From assembly GCA_051362555.1 (NCBI GenBank), contig CM120643.1, positions 7,130,001-7,194,000 on the forward strand: DNA of 64,000 nucleotides. Reading direction: 5' to 3'. The position numbers and the translations under genes are program-made. This document shows, in pieces, positions 40,801 through 54,394 of this stretch. Below the pieces are notes generated by a model. That model was not told the DNA's origin and did no database searches. It was given only the letters and a program-made list of their open reading frames with translations. Position 1 is the stretch's first letter; each line of letters begins with the position of its first letter. The stretch is from Lingula anatina (taxonomy: Eukaryota; Animalia; Brachiopoda).

Positions 40801-41689
40801 GTCCACTGGGTTTTTTAAAGACAATTTCTGATTGTATAAATTGATAATCATCAGATTATGCTCTTCTTTATTATGTTCGCGAATCATGCACAAATAAATT
40901 ACAGTGAAACTTAATACCGCCTAGATTTATGTCAAAAGTGCCTTATTTTATAAGACAAAAGTTCTATAACTTTTTATATGCGGAAATTAAGTTGTAATTA
41001 AGCTGTGAATAAACTCATTAAGTTTGTTTGTAAACATATACATGTATGTAATACCCGTCAAAAGTCAGAATTGTATAAGGCTTTCATTTTTAAGATAATG
41101 ATTTTCTGTTTGTGTTTGAATGCGAATAAGGTTTAATTATTTTTCCGTAAAGCTCTGTTTTGGAAGAACAGAAGGGGGAAAGTCTTTTGATGTAAAAATT
41201 TCATGTCGATAATTGAATGTAAATAAACGTTATTTTGGTTCCGAGTCACTGCTGTAATCATATCCAGTTCGTTAATACCCCTCTCATGTGGAAAGTGTGT
41301 GTGTAATGTTTATTTCCCGTCATAGCCGAAATCGAATCCTCCCAGTATACCGACCGATCATGGCATATTTAACCTCGGCCTCGGGTTGATCACTTAGCAT
41401 GTCGAATTCAAGGTTGATATTCAGGATATATTCATTATCCACCAGCACCCCCCCCCCCCCCCTACGTCACTGCACAGGGTAGCTAGAGGATATTTATGGT
41501 TTGTGTTATTTTTTTGTATTTGTTTCATTTTAATCATCCATTCACTGTGTTTCTTTCTTTTTTGATAAATAGCCAGTGGCATGAAAAAAAAAAGATATCC
41601 AGTACAGCAAGTTGAAGGGGCTTTATGTCAGATCTTTTATATTTTCTTTACCAGTACATGTACTTACTCCATTGAAAATGTAAAATATA

Positions 41690-42249
41690 TACTGACAGTC
41701 AATGAAAACGCATCATTTATAATAAAATAATATTTTAAGTTCCTTTGGCACATAAAGAAAATAACAGTTTTCGTGTGAAATATGACCCATTATTCAGTCA
41801 CACAAGGTGAAATAAAGGTCAGAAAAGATCGTTAAAAAAAGATCATTAAAATGCAAGGTCACGTGATCAAATCCCTTTGGTCCAGCCCAGCCTCCAGCAT
41901 CCCCAGGGCCCGCAGTAGCTCTTTCAGTGTCAGACGTGGCATCATGGAACTTTTTTTGTCATGTGTCATACTGGATTTGGTGACTACCTTAAATAAACAT
42001 AATTAATCACCATATATTGAACCTGATTAATTCACACCAATCAGGAAAAACACATGATTTTGTAACAGCTGATCACGAAATCAGGTGATCTGAAAATCAC
42101 TGAAGCGGAAAATTTAAACATCCGAGTGGTCAGCCCACTCTCTTATGCACTTGTACTCGTTTATATGGTTGGAATCGATTCTCGGTAAAAGTACAAGAGT
42201 ACAAAGGAATTAAGAAAGTTTTCTGATGCGTTTTCATTGACTGTCAGTA
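41690..42249. mobile_element. Tc1/mariner-type MITE (560 bp)
   Basis: 26-bp perfect TIR tactgacagtcaatgaaaacgcatca / tgatgcgttttcattgactgtcagta, flanked by TA. Confidence 0.85.
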
Positions 42250-43221
42250 TATATGCAATTTCAAAATATGTATATATGAGTTAACGTTGAGAAAGGAAAA
42301 TGCCATAGATAATAGTTACTAAAGTCAGATGAAGATACGACTTTTGATTTCCAGTTAATGTGAACAGTGATCTTGGTCATTGATGTAAACATTAAAATGA
42401 TTTTTTTCTAATACATGCAAGAAAGTACTGTAAAAATTGTATTGTTGTTATAAAGGGCAACAGATGGGATGGATTTTGATTATAATGTATGGAATGAAAA
42501 TTCTGATGGAGAAATGTAAAGATAGTACTTTTTGAATGAATGTTTAAGTTGAGGTTGACAACATAATTGAGGGAAAAGCATAGAACATATTTCAGTCTGT
42601 TTATTAAATTGTTTAAACAACTGGTTTTATCTAGGATTTCAATAGCTTGACCCATTTTTTAAAATAAGAAATTAGTTTTTATCAAATTCAAAATATCTTA
42701 AACCTAAACAAGCATAATTTGCCATGATTATCCATGAAACTTTGTATTCTTTTACAAACTTGTATTTTAATATCAAAAAACTTGAACACAAGGTTCAGTA
42801 AAAGAAAAATAAAATTCAGAAAATACTCAAGGCAGATTTTATTATCACAGATCAGTGAAGTTATTTTTAAAGAAAATGTCTATTTAAAAGTGAATGAGAT
42901 CATTAATGGCAGTATATATCAATACAATGGGGAACTGTATGAGATTCTGGTCATTTTTTTCCCCTCTGTTGCAATGTATTAAATAGGCAGTACATTTGTC
43001 TATATAAAAACACTTCTGATCCATAAGAAATTTAAAAGGACAAAGTTCAATACAAAATATTTTCATAATTTTTAATATTTTTTCTTTAAATCATAAACAT
43101 GGCATAGTTCTGCAATGGGGATATGAGGTCTCCTCGAGTCTGTTTGATAAAAGCTCTTGCACTAGTTCTGGAATTATATCACTTAGTAAAAGGTTCCACT
43201 GGCACCAGAGTACTGAGTTTT

Positions 43222-44097
43222 TTAGAACTTAACAAGCTGTGTATTCTCCTGCCTGTGAGCATCCTCTCCAGCCTCATAAGCTGAGAAAAGTAGGCAGTAA
43301 CCATACACACAAACTGCCTTCAGTGTCTGGAACACAAATAAGTCCTCCACCAGTGCCACTCCTACCAGAGCAGCCCAGTTGTACACAGCGCTGTCACTCA
43401 GCTCTCCACCATACACAATGCTGAGATATACTGCCATAGCCATGGAGACGACCAGCAAAATGAATGCTGGATAGATCAAAAAGTGGGGCAACTTTCCGTC
43501 GTGCTTTCTGTTGACCATCATCTCCAGTGACTTCAGCTCAGTGTATGGCACCTCATCTGATAGTTCTGGAACATTTTGTGTGGAAATGAATTATTACCAA
43601 AAGTATGTGGAAGTTTAACTAAAAAATGATGCCGGCTAATATTACCCCTGTTTAACATCACAATCACTGTTTTAATTATAATAAGGGCAAGGAAGCTTAT
43701 GTTGAAAACAATGCTCTAAATATCTTCAAAATGTAAGCTGAAGCTGGATAACATGAAAATGCATTATCCTTTTTTTATATATTCATTCTTTTTTAAAATA
43801 ATTTACTGAAATGACAGACATTGATGATACCAAAATGGACAATTACCTTCCCAAATATTAACTGCTACATCATGTGCATTGTCTTTCCTCTTGCTGTTGT
43901 CTAAAATTGCATTAAACAAGGGATATGTAAAGGGAAATATAAAAAGTTATTTGTTTGAGCCTTATATTGCTACTGCTGTACATAAATTAGGAAACAGTAA
44001 ATCAAAATTTTAGGATGTTACATCTGTTCTACGCTATCAAAAAGGATTAAAAAACATCATCATATAGACATGTCTACAGCATAATATAATGGCATAC

Positions 44098-44136
<39 letters not shown>

Positions 44137-47100
44137 TACCTGGGATGAGAAAACTTGGGTTGAAGTGAGCAATGAGACTGTAAAAAGATGAAACATCTGC
44201 ATTTCTGTAGCTGGAAATCTTCCCAGCATGGGATTTTGGGATTTCTGCCTGCATCTCCTTTTGCATATTTGAGTTTAGCCTAGGGTTGTTAGGAGGAGGA
44301 GGAGCATATGTGTAGCTGGGTGTTTTCTGAAATATTGAAAATCATCCAATAATTGATTCTGCTGACTGGTTAATATAGTCAAAATATTCCACAGATGGGG
44401 ACATTTATTCTGGTGGTGGTTTGATGTTGCACTATAAAACCTCAATATTAGTATAATGTCTTTTTATGTTCTTGTATATACATATGTGGTTGTAAGTCAA
44501 GCCAAATATATTGTCAAACATAACAGAAATGATACAAGTGTCTGTTTTTAATTACAAGAAGGCAATACATGTATGTCTCAAAGGCAATCCATGATATCTG
44601 TACAGGCACAGACATGCATGCACAAACTAAAAATAGAAAAAAAGTAATAAATACCTCTTTCTTGCTGTCCACATCTCCCATGGCAACCATATCTTCCTTG
44701 ACAACCAAATTTTCCTTGGCAACCATTTCTTCAATCTGTGCCATAGCCTGGTGTTCAACAGTTGCACGTGCCAAATCATAGTCCTTCTCAAAGTCATAAG
44801 CCACCTGTTTCATCATGGTCTCCACACTTCCATGCACAACTTGTTGGAACCCATCACTGATTGTGCAACTGAAAAAATAAATATAAATCTTTCTTAAATC
44901 AAGAAATATAGTAAAAAATTAGTATTATTGGTAAAATAACACTCTGACTATAATTACTAACTCCATTTACACACTCAGAACATGTGTCACATTAGCAAAA
45001 AAATGTGAAATCATTTTAATACTATTAATAGTCTACAAAATGAAACAAGTGTCCAGCCCAATACAAGTTGTCAGAATCAGTCATGGCTATGAGCAAGACC
45101 TGTGGTCAACTCCCAAAGCTAAAGACAAATTTAACATTATTCCAAAATAACTGTGAAATGAGGAAACTTAAAATGAACACAAAATAAACTCTCTCCTTAC
45201 ATGTCATCATACTGGGGCTCATCTTCCAGGTTCTGCAGCACAGTGTCACCAGTGTCCTCTCTGTCATAGTACCTGATATTGTACATTGTTACATCATATA
45301 TGCTATTCACAAGGAATGTTCCTATATTGACAAGGAGGCTGGAGAGGAAGATACCTCTATCAAGCTGAATGACACCAACAGCACTGAGAAGGGTACTGGT
45401 AAGCAGCATGTTTGCAAACATGTAGTTCAAGGTGCTGTTAAACCACAAAAGGACAGGGGCCAGCTTCAAGCTGGAGCAGCGTGTCCATCCATGACAGGAC
45501 CACAAATACAGAAGGCAAGTTTGCAGTCCAAACCTGAAAAATATTTTAATAAATTAAAAAATGTATATCAAATAACAAAGTACGGACATTTTACATGAAA
45601 ATTACTACGAGTACATTCCAAGTTGAAGAAAAAATGAATACTGCATTAAGAAATCAGAATATGTTTCATTATTATTATAGTCTTTCATATTTTATTTGTT
45701 GATAACTTGTAAAAGCAGACATTTCAAAGTACATCATATGCTTATTTATCAATTGTGAGAAAGTCTTCAACTTACCTGTAGTTCTTACAAGACTCCAAAG
45801 TGGTGTATCCCACTGTGAGGCATCCATTGCTGCTGAAGTGGGATTCACAGCCAGATACTGTATCATATACTGTTATGTCCAGCACATTCCTTTAATGAAA
45901 GAAAAATAATAATAAAAATTCATTCAAATATCTTTATACAACACATTTAACAATCAATATTTCAGATAAATCTGGGCTTCCATCCATCTAAACTGAAAAG
46001 CTAGCTAACATTTTTTTTTTTCAAAAATACATAAGATTATGTTAAATTGGCATTGAACTCCATCTGAACATGTAAAAATATCTACTATTAATAACATAAC
46101 AATATGAATGTAACTTTGAATATAAATATGAATATAACTTGTAACTACAGATGCATCCAAGGTATTCATGACACAAAACATATTTCAGAACAATGACAAA
46201 AATCATCTTCATTTGATTTGCAGAACTTTCTTTATACAGGTCCAATAGTGTAAATATGTTTGTGATGTTCCAGTTTGTATTTTTAAAATTACCATTGAGC
46301 TTCTGGTCTATCACTGATGTACACCACAACCTTCTTCAGTTTTCCCAGGGACTCTGAGTTTAAAATAAAAAAAGATTCACTTTAATGATTAAATGTTAGT
46401 GTGTTGTTTTAGAGTACAACATGCATCAAATAGCCCTCAAAGATCCCTGAGGTCTGGTGACAAACTTTTACTGAAAGTTCCTAAATCAAAGTTAAAAACA
46501 TATGGTGACATATCATTTTGTGTAGCTGCACCAGTAGAGTGGAATAAGTTGCCAATTTTTATTAGACGAATAGATACACAAGAATGTTTTAAAAAGGTAT
46601 TGAAAACCCACATTTTTAAGACATTTTATTCATGAATTTTTAATTTTACATTAAAGAAACCTTGGATTTTTTACTTTTATTACTGTTTATTACAACTTAG
46701 TCTAGTTATGATTTATATAATATATATCTTCCGTAACTATTTTTATTTATAAACTTCTTTGTATTTTATGTTGTACAGTCTATTGAACATTTTATGGATT
46801 TTAGACTCAAAATAAATATATTATTATTATTATAAATATAACAGAGTTGTAGTTTAATTCTAAAAAAAAAATTAGTTAATACATAACAATACCATAGGAA
46901 CCCTTTTTTTACAAATCACCAAGAATTCTTGCACCAACTCTTTCTGAACATGCTCTGCACTTAACTTTATGATAAAAAGTCAACATAACTGAGTTAACAT
47001 GATACTTTAAGTAATAGTAATGATATATAATATAGCCACTGACAGAGATGAACAGCAAACTGTGACCTGATGTTCCAGTTAAGACTGTACATGCTGAATT

Positions 47101-48452
47101 GAATGTAATAAAGTAAATGGCAGTTAGCTGCTAATAATACTGTTGAATCAATATTTGCAGGAAAAGAAAATGTGCTCCAAAATATTCAAGATACTTACCT
47201 TTTGTATACAAAAGAAACCATTTCTTCTGTCCTACCCCAAGGAAATTGTGCTTCCTCCCATGTTCATTCAGATTATATTCAGGAGATACCCCCTGGTCTC
47301 CTATCAACTGCAATCTGACTTTGGGTGTCTTTACTGCTACAAAACAACATATTTCTATAGTTTGGAATAAATACAGTTAAATAACAACTTCAACAATTAT
47401 ATACAACTGTAAGACTCTTCATTGGCTATATCTCTATTTCTATTTTTGTCATTTAAATATTAAAATATATAATAATTATTATTATTACCTTTCACACAAT
47501 GATAACTAGTTTAAGCTTTTCAACAAGGATCAGAATCAATAACTTGAAAGATTTTAGCATCACTTTTACCTCTTTTCAGCCCATTTTGAACTGCTACCAT
47601 GTATCTATAGTGATGTTCACCAGAATATTTGGGAACAACTATGATACCACTCTGCTTTCTCTGAAATGATAATGACCACTATAATTATAAGACAAAGGAA
47701 AAGAAAGGAAATGAAAGAAAAGAAATGTAAAAATAAAACAATAATGTTACGAAACTGATTACAGCAGAAACAAAGCAATTTCCAGTTCTTCATCATAATT
47801 ACCTATTTTATATTTTAAAGTTATCTAACACAGAAATTCATAAGAGATAACTGTTTTTATACTTTCATGCAGACTAAATTTAAAATGTAAGTGCAACACA
47901 AAATTTTTGTTTCAGTACCTTCTTCCAATTGAACCAAATAATATAACTTGTGCTGAGTAACATTATGCCCAAAAACGCAAAGATGAATACAAATGCGAGT
48001 TTTTGGTGCACCATGAACTTTTGTGGAGCTTTTTTCAAGGCAAAAGCTAGCAAAGAAAAGAAAGGATGTAGCTTAAAAATGGAAGGCAAGGAAGCAACCA
48101 AGGGCAAAGAGAAGTATAGGAAACACGATTAATTTAAATGAATATAAAAAATAGAGAAAGTAGGGTCTAATGAATTAGTCTCAAACAAAAGAAAACAAAA
48201 ACACAAAGTAAGATGCTGAATGCATGGAATTTTGACAAACCAAGTTAAAAAAAAAACATCACAATTTGTGCTAAATGGATGGTGAAAAAAACATTGGTTC
48301 CCCGTGAGTTGTTTTAATGTATATCGCCTGCTTTGTAAACAAAAAAGGTGCAAAAGAGTAACATAAGTCTATAGTTTGATGATATACTTACCTCCATGGA
48401 GAGGTTGCATGAGTAGCAACATCAACAAAACTTTGATCTTCAAGTTCTTCAT
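43222..48452 (-). CDS. Polycystin-1 (PKD1)-family-derived protein: signal peptide, TM1, PLAT/LH2, TM2-5 only; 11 exons, 574 aa
   Basis: Exons 48452-48392, 48046-47919, 47660-47570, 47336-47199, 46353-46293, 45889-45776, 45533-45201, 44868-44655, 44326-44140, 43900-43847, 43565-43222; all ag/gt, phases chain without stops (1725 nt). PLAT: YRYMVAVQNG...KVRLQLIGDQGVS...FLLYTKESLGKLKKVVV...WNVLDITVYD. TM4/5: LPHFLIYPAFILL...YG...YNWAALV...DLFVFQTLKAV. Confidence 0.85.
46405..46833 (+). mobile_element. L2/CR1-group LINE 3' end in an intron, antisense to the gene
   Basis: RSLRSGDKLLLKVPKSKLKTYGDISFCVAAPVEWNKLP...FKKVLKTHIF, followed by aaataaa and a (tat)n tail. Confidence 0.85.
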
Positions 48453-48479
48453 ACTGGCAATTTTTTATATGTTCTCCCT

Positions 48480-48700
48480 GTATCAAATAATATGAAGCCG
48501 TGTACAACAAACAAGAAGTCGCGATTCAGCGAATAAACGAGAAATTATCGATATTTCAAACAATTTGGACGGAGTTGACTTTGACTTCCGCCCAAATCTC
48601 ACAAATTGTCTGTTGCTAATTGACGTCACAGACACAATCAGCTCACGTGACCATTGTGCTGGGATGTGCGGTTGTGATGTTAAAACAGCCAAATCGATAA
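48480..48700 (-). promoter_or_regulatory. Putative CpG-enriched promoter of the polycystin-like gene, with a CRE and an E-box
   Basis: Local CpG enrichment; TGACGTCA at 48621-48628 and TCACGTGAC at 48643-48651, ~170-200 bp upstream of the ATG. Confidence 0.5.
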
Positions 48701-48762
48701 AACAATAATAGTTGTAAATAACATTCACCTTGAAGGCTCACTGCACAGCTTGATTGGGGCTT

Positions 48763-49365
48763 TAATAAATTACTTTAAAGAGGATAAGTATGGTTTATGT
48801 TATTTTTCGTATTTGTTTGAATATATGCATATAGATCTACTTGAATAGAAGACAGAGGAAGACTGGCTACGCTAAGCAGGGGCGGATCCAGGATTATTTG
48901 AAGAGGGTGTCCGCGGATGCGAAGTCGACCCCCCCCCCCCCCCCCCCCCCCGCCCTTTGGCGTGGGTTCGGGGCCTGCTGAAGATCCCCGAAAAAATGTT
49001 ATTTTTTGAGGGCAGACGGTGTCATTTGGTATTGATTAAAATTATGATTCAGCTAGTCAAAATTCTAATTTAATAAATTACTTTAAAGAGGATAAGTATG
49101 GTTTATGTTATTTTTCGTATTTGTTTGAATATATTCATATAGATCTACTTAAATAGAAGACAGAGGAAGACTGGCTACGCTAAGCAGGGGCGGATCCAGG
49201 ATTATTTGAAGAGGGCGTCCGCGGATGCGAAGTCGACCCCCCCCCCCCTTTGGCGTGGGTTCGGGGCCTGCTGAAGATCCCCGAAAAAATGTTATTTTTT
49301 GAGGGCAGACGGTGTCATTTGGTATTGATTAAAATTATGATTCAGCTAGTCAAAAATCTAATTTC
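48763..49365. repeat. ~307-bp tandem duplication containing a caggggcggatccagg MITE-like end
   Basis: taataaattactttaaagagg... at 48763 and 49070; copies differ mainly in poly-C length. Confidence 0.85.
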
Positions 49366-49999
49366 AGGAGGGGATTTTTTACAGAAATCGAAAAGGGGGG
49401 GGGGGGGTAGGAGCCCCCTGAATAAAGGTTAGACATGAATCTCAGCAATATTATTATTACTTAAATACACATCTGAATCCTGCACATGTGCACACACACG
49501 CGCGCGCACTGGTATATGCACACTATATTGCAGAGCACAATTTAGCCTTTGACACAAGAGCTCCGAGAACTGGAGTAGTTTTCAATGGATGTCAATGTAA
49601 GCGACGCAGACGTGTCAACCTCATCCACCAGATCCAAAAGCGTTCCAAAATGAGCCCAACACACTTAAAAATATGTCATACAAAGTTTAAATACCTCTAC
49701 TGAGTATGTAAAATTCAACAAGTATGTTAAAGTCAAGATTTCGTTGCTGTCAGTCACAAGCAGGTACCTCTGTCAAAACGGCCTTGACCTATAATCATAT
49801 TATTTGATTAGAGTCTGTGCCAATCTAAGTGCGCATATATTTAATTTTACTTTTTCACCATGATTTTTTGTCGCAAAAGATGTCCTAAATTAATAAATAA
49901 CCACACTAGAATGACTTTATTTTATAGTTTGATATGAGTGTGGTTTGTGTGACTGCATTGAGGTGGGTAACAGTTAAGACAATTCCTATTTGAACGGTG

Positions 50000-50960
50000 A
50001 CAAGTAGGTCGAGTCCATTACATTTGAGGAGTTACAGGTGGGACAAGTCCATTCTATTTGAGGGGTGACAGGTAGGGCGAGTCTATTCCATCTGAGGGGG
50101 GCGGGTGGGGCAAGTCCATTCCATCTGAGGGGTGACAGGTGGGCCGAGTCCATTCTTTTTGAGGGGTGGTAGGTGGGGTGGGTCCATTTCATCTGAGGGT
50201 GTGACAGGTGGGGCGAGTCCATTCTTTTTGAGGGGTGGTAGGTGGGGTGAGTCCATTTCATCTGAGGGGTGACAGGTGGGGCAAGTCCATTCCATCTGAA
50301 GGGGTGACAGGCGGGGCGAGTTCATTTCATTTGAGGGGTGACAGGTGGGGCGATTCCATTATTTTTGAGGGGTGACAGGTGGGGCAAGTTCGTCCGATTT
50401 GCGGAGCGCATGCACGTAAAATCACCACAAAATTACATTAGAATGTCCGTGCAATTAGCTTTATAAAAGATTTTTTTTTTAAATTGTGTTAGCAAAGTTT
50501 TGAGGGGATGTAAACTTTTATCATGCATGTATAATTAAATTATTGGTCTCAAAATTTGCTTTTCCACAATTTCATATAAATATAACCTTTTTGTCTGCAC
50601 ACTCGGGACAGTGTGGAAATAAATCTACGTCACAAAATTTAATTAAAGGGCGAGTCTATTCCATCTGAGGGGGGCGGGTGGGGCAAGTCCATTCCATCTG
50701 AGGGGTGACAGGTGGGCCGAGTCCATTCTTTTTGAGGGGTGGTAGGTGGGGTGGGTCCATTTCATCTGAGGGTGTGACAGGTGGGGCGAGTCCATTCTTT
50801 TTGAGGGGTGGTAGGTGGGGTGAGTCCATTTCATCTGAGGGGTGACAGGTGGGGCAAGTCCATTCCATCTGAAGGGGTGACAGGCGGGGCGAGTTCATTT
50901 CATTTGAGGGGTGACAGGTGGGGCGATTCCATTATTTTTGAGGGGTGACAGGTGGGGCAA
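50000..50960. repeat. ~30-31-bp G-rich minisatellite in two blocks (50000-50390, 50648-50960)
   Basis: Unit approximately gagtccattccatctgaggggtgacaggtggggc. Confidence 0.9.
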
Positions 50961-51220
50961 GTTCGTCCGATTTGCGGAGCGCATGCACGTAAAATCACCA
51001 CAAAATTACATTAGAATGTCCGTGCAATTAGCTTTATAAAAGATTTTTTTTTTAAATTGTGTTAGCAAAGTTTTGAGGGGATGTAAACTTTTATCATGCA
51101 TGTATAATTAAATTATTGGTCTCAAAATTTGCTTTTCCACAATTTCATATAAATATAACCTTTTTGTCTGCACACTCGGGACAGTGTGGAAATAAATCTA
51201 CGTCACAAAATTTAATTAAA
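50075..51220. repeat. 573-bp apparently identical tandem duplication
   Basis: 50075-50647 = 50648-51220; identical ORFs are offset by 573. Confidence 0.92.
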
Positions 51221-54020
51221 GGATCATTATATTTCAAACATATATTTCAATAAGACCTTTTTCAAATAGATCGGAATATGCAGCCTTTTTTTTTTTTTTT
51301 TTTTTTTTTTGAGAAGCGATTTGTAACTGTTGCCATTTTTAATGTGCTTCATTCAACTTTCGCATTTTTTGTATTTAAATTTTAAATTTAAGTATTCATA
51401 TGATAAGAAGATCGTGAAATTTGAATCAATTTTCTGCAACAATAACCAGAATCCTTCAAAAATGGTCCCATATTAAAATTGAGAGAATGATATCCGGGAG
51501 TACGAACTCATTTATTCCAAGAGATATAAAAAACTGTCTAACTACAGAATAAAATACAGAATAGCTTTTCAAAATGCAAAATCGTAAATTCACACATATT
51601 GTATTTATAAATGTGGGCTGTTGGAAAATCTTGAACGTGTATTCTTAAAATGCTCAAACTCAATAATTTACAAAATACTAGGAATATTTACAAACTTAAA
51701 AAAAGCTTTTGGTTTTAGATATCTTCTGTTACTGCAGAAATCAACAATCCCAAACACAATATTTACAGATCAGTTTTAGCGGATTAAATTCGAAAGCAGT
51801 CAAACAGTTATCATACCTTTATTATTAGCACTATTTTTATCGACATTATTTCATATCAAAGTTAAAGAAACAAGCAATGACAAACTTATCTATCCAGCTT
51901 TTATTAAAATGCAATAGTTGCATGAATTTGCGTTTGGTTCCAGAAAGTGAATGAAAGGCTTGGTTGCTAGCAGGCGGGTGTTGCGCAGTACTCAGTATCT
52001 CATCGGACTTCTGAAATGAGAAAGTAATGTAATGCAATATTTGACTAAACGGGCAGACTCGGAAAATAAAACTAATGCACTTTACATCAAAGAAAATTGG
52101 GTGCTTGAAATGATGTGGGTGTTCACTGACTCGTCCGATGTTCAGGCTCAGCACCCCTCAAAAAGCCAATCTATATCGAGGTTACACCAAAATTAAGATC
52201 TGAAGTTATTGATAAAGATATTTGAGATATCTTGCTTTAAAAAATAAATATTGAAAACAATTCTTTAATTCGTGAAGGTTATAACTAGGGTCGTTAATTT
52301 ATTTTACCTCATATTTAATGTTGTAATAGCTAAAATCGTTATGCAACACGCGTTTGTTTCAGCACTGCTTACGAACATTTTTACAGGCACATGTATAATA
52401 CATTAAACCTACAAAAACTAATTTAAAATTGATAAAAAGAAAAAAATGAAACCTCTAAGAGACAAAAGTAAGATTATTCAAATCAAAAGGAGTATTTATT
52501 TCTTTTAATTTATCGTGACTGTCGTAAAGGGAGACGTTTGAATTTTCGATAAACTTTGACCATAAAAAGATGTACACGTTGATAGGGTGCACTTGTCTTT
52601 GGATCAAAAGCTCAGAACTGTATCAAGTGCGGTATTATCATCATCTAAATTAGTCCGTGATCTTTGTGGTCATATTCCCATCTACTAATATGTTAGCTAA
52701 TATCCTGAGTGACATAAAAGAAACGACAGGCAAAATATAACAAAGAATCGTAACGTAAAAACTTGTCGTAATTTTCCTTGCATTCTGTTACGCTTTGTAT
52801 ATCTACTGACTGAGGTTACTGAAGAAAACGTGATACTTACGAAACACGCATTTGTGTCTTCGCCTCAGAAAAGTTCGACATTGCAACTGCACCACACTTG
52901 CTGTTGCATCTTCACCCTGATGTGTCCTACTGCCTAGTGAGCATTTGGGAAGACAGCTCGCACTACGATGAGAAACTTATTGTTATGCAAATTACAGACA
53001 GGTATGACCCATTTTAGGTGAGGGACTGTGGCTGAAACTGGTCACGAATGCTCACGGTCAAAAGCATGTACGTAAAGATTTGACTGAGATCCACTTGTTA
53101 AAATACACCACTTTATTCCACAAATATTGCGCATGCATCTTTCATCATGGAAAGAGTGAATGTTGATATTTTTATCGATCAATTGGCGTAGGCCCTACTT
53201 AAAACCATGTTGTTGACATAATGGAACGGATAAATCCTAGTTTCATTCGGATCCAAGTGCCACTAGCAAATAAGTAAATAAATAAACACCGAGAAGCCTG
53301 TGTACCAACATGTTATGGGCCAAACAATACGATATTTTATAGCAATAATGACTCTAATCGGTAGAAATAGTCCTGGGCGAAACAAGACGGGCCCTTGCCA
53401 CTGTTGAATAACGTTGCCTGGCGGATCAAGATTTTATTTATTTATCTATTTATTTATTTATTTTTGCAAATATTGTTGAAGTACTTATTTGTTGTTTAGT
53501 GTTGCATATTTGGGGACAAAATCTTAGTAGTTCGGGAATGTTTGGGCTCATTTTGGAACGCCTTTGGATCTGGTGGATGAGATTGACACATCTGCGTTGC
53601 TTACGTTGACATCCATTGAAAACTACTCCAGTTCTCGGAGCTCTTGTGTCAAAGGCTAAATTGTGCTCTGCAATATAGTGTTTTTATGCATGCGTTAGAT
53701 TAAGTTGGGGGTCAGTTTTCATCGGCAACAGACAACAATCAAGAGTATATAGTTTTTATCAACTTAATAATATCAAAAGGATCGAGGCTGGGAAGATCCG
53801 AGATGAGCGTTTCATGTTTATTTTTATCTTATTCTTGTTTGGGAAAGTTAAAACTGGGGGATACTGACAGTGTGTTTGGGGGGGGGGGGGGGGGGTGCGT
53901 GCGGGTATTGGGGGGAGGGGGGGGCAGTGGAGGATGGTCCAAAAAAGATAATATGGAAGACTGACACTCTGGATCCGGTCCCGACATAAGAAAACCCTTC
54001 TCGGGCCCAACCCGACTCTT

Positions 54021-54058
<38 letters not shown>

Positions 54059-54394
54059 TAAATAGATAAACAAGTAAATGAATAAACAAACAAAAATGTA
54101 ATTCTGTTTCTTTTTCTTTCGAAATTTTTTTCTTCAGCGTTTAGAAAAGAAACACTTAGGTTTTTTAAATTTCTGTTTTAAAGATTGCTTTGGCTACATA
54201 AAATTAGAAATAACACCAAAACATTTTTAGATTTAATAGATTTATTGATGCTACGAAGAGTCTGTCATTTTTTCATAGTAAGACTATTCAGAGTAAATAT
54301 GTTATTCTGGCACGATCGATTTCGTTTAGCTCATCCCCTGAGATGTCCATTTTCTGATTGAGTTTCTTTACGTCTGTACGATAAGGGTACCAAC

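Larger units (their letters stand above)
49521..53680. mobile_element. ~4.2-kb non-autonomous DNA transposon with ~140-bp TIRs and CACTA...TAGTG termini (CMC/EnSpm or Transib group)
   Basis: 49521-49662 is the reverse complement of 53539-53680. No clear TSD and no recognisable transposase ORF. Confidence 0.8.

Noticed and set aside
49986-50898. Pro-rich ORFs
   Set aside because: Translations of the G-rich minisatellite.
52835-53160. Cys/His-containing minus-strand segment as a transposase exon of the CACTA-ended element
   Set aside because: Stops in the frames examined and no motif I can name with confidence.
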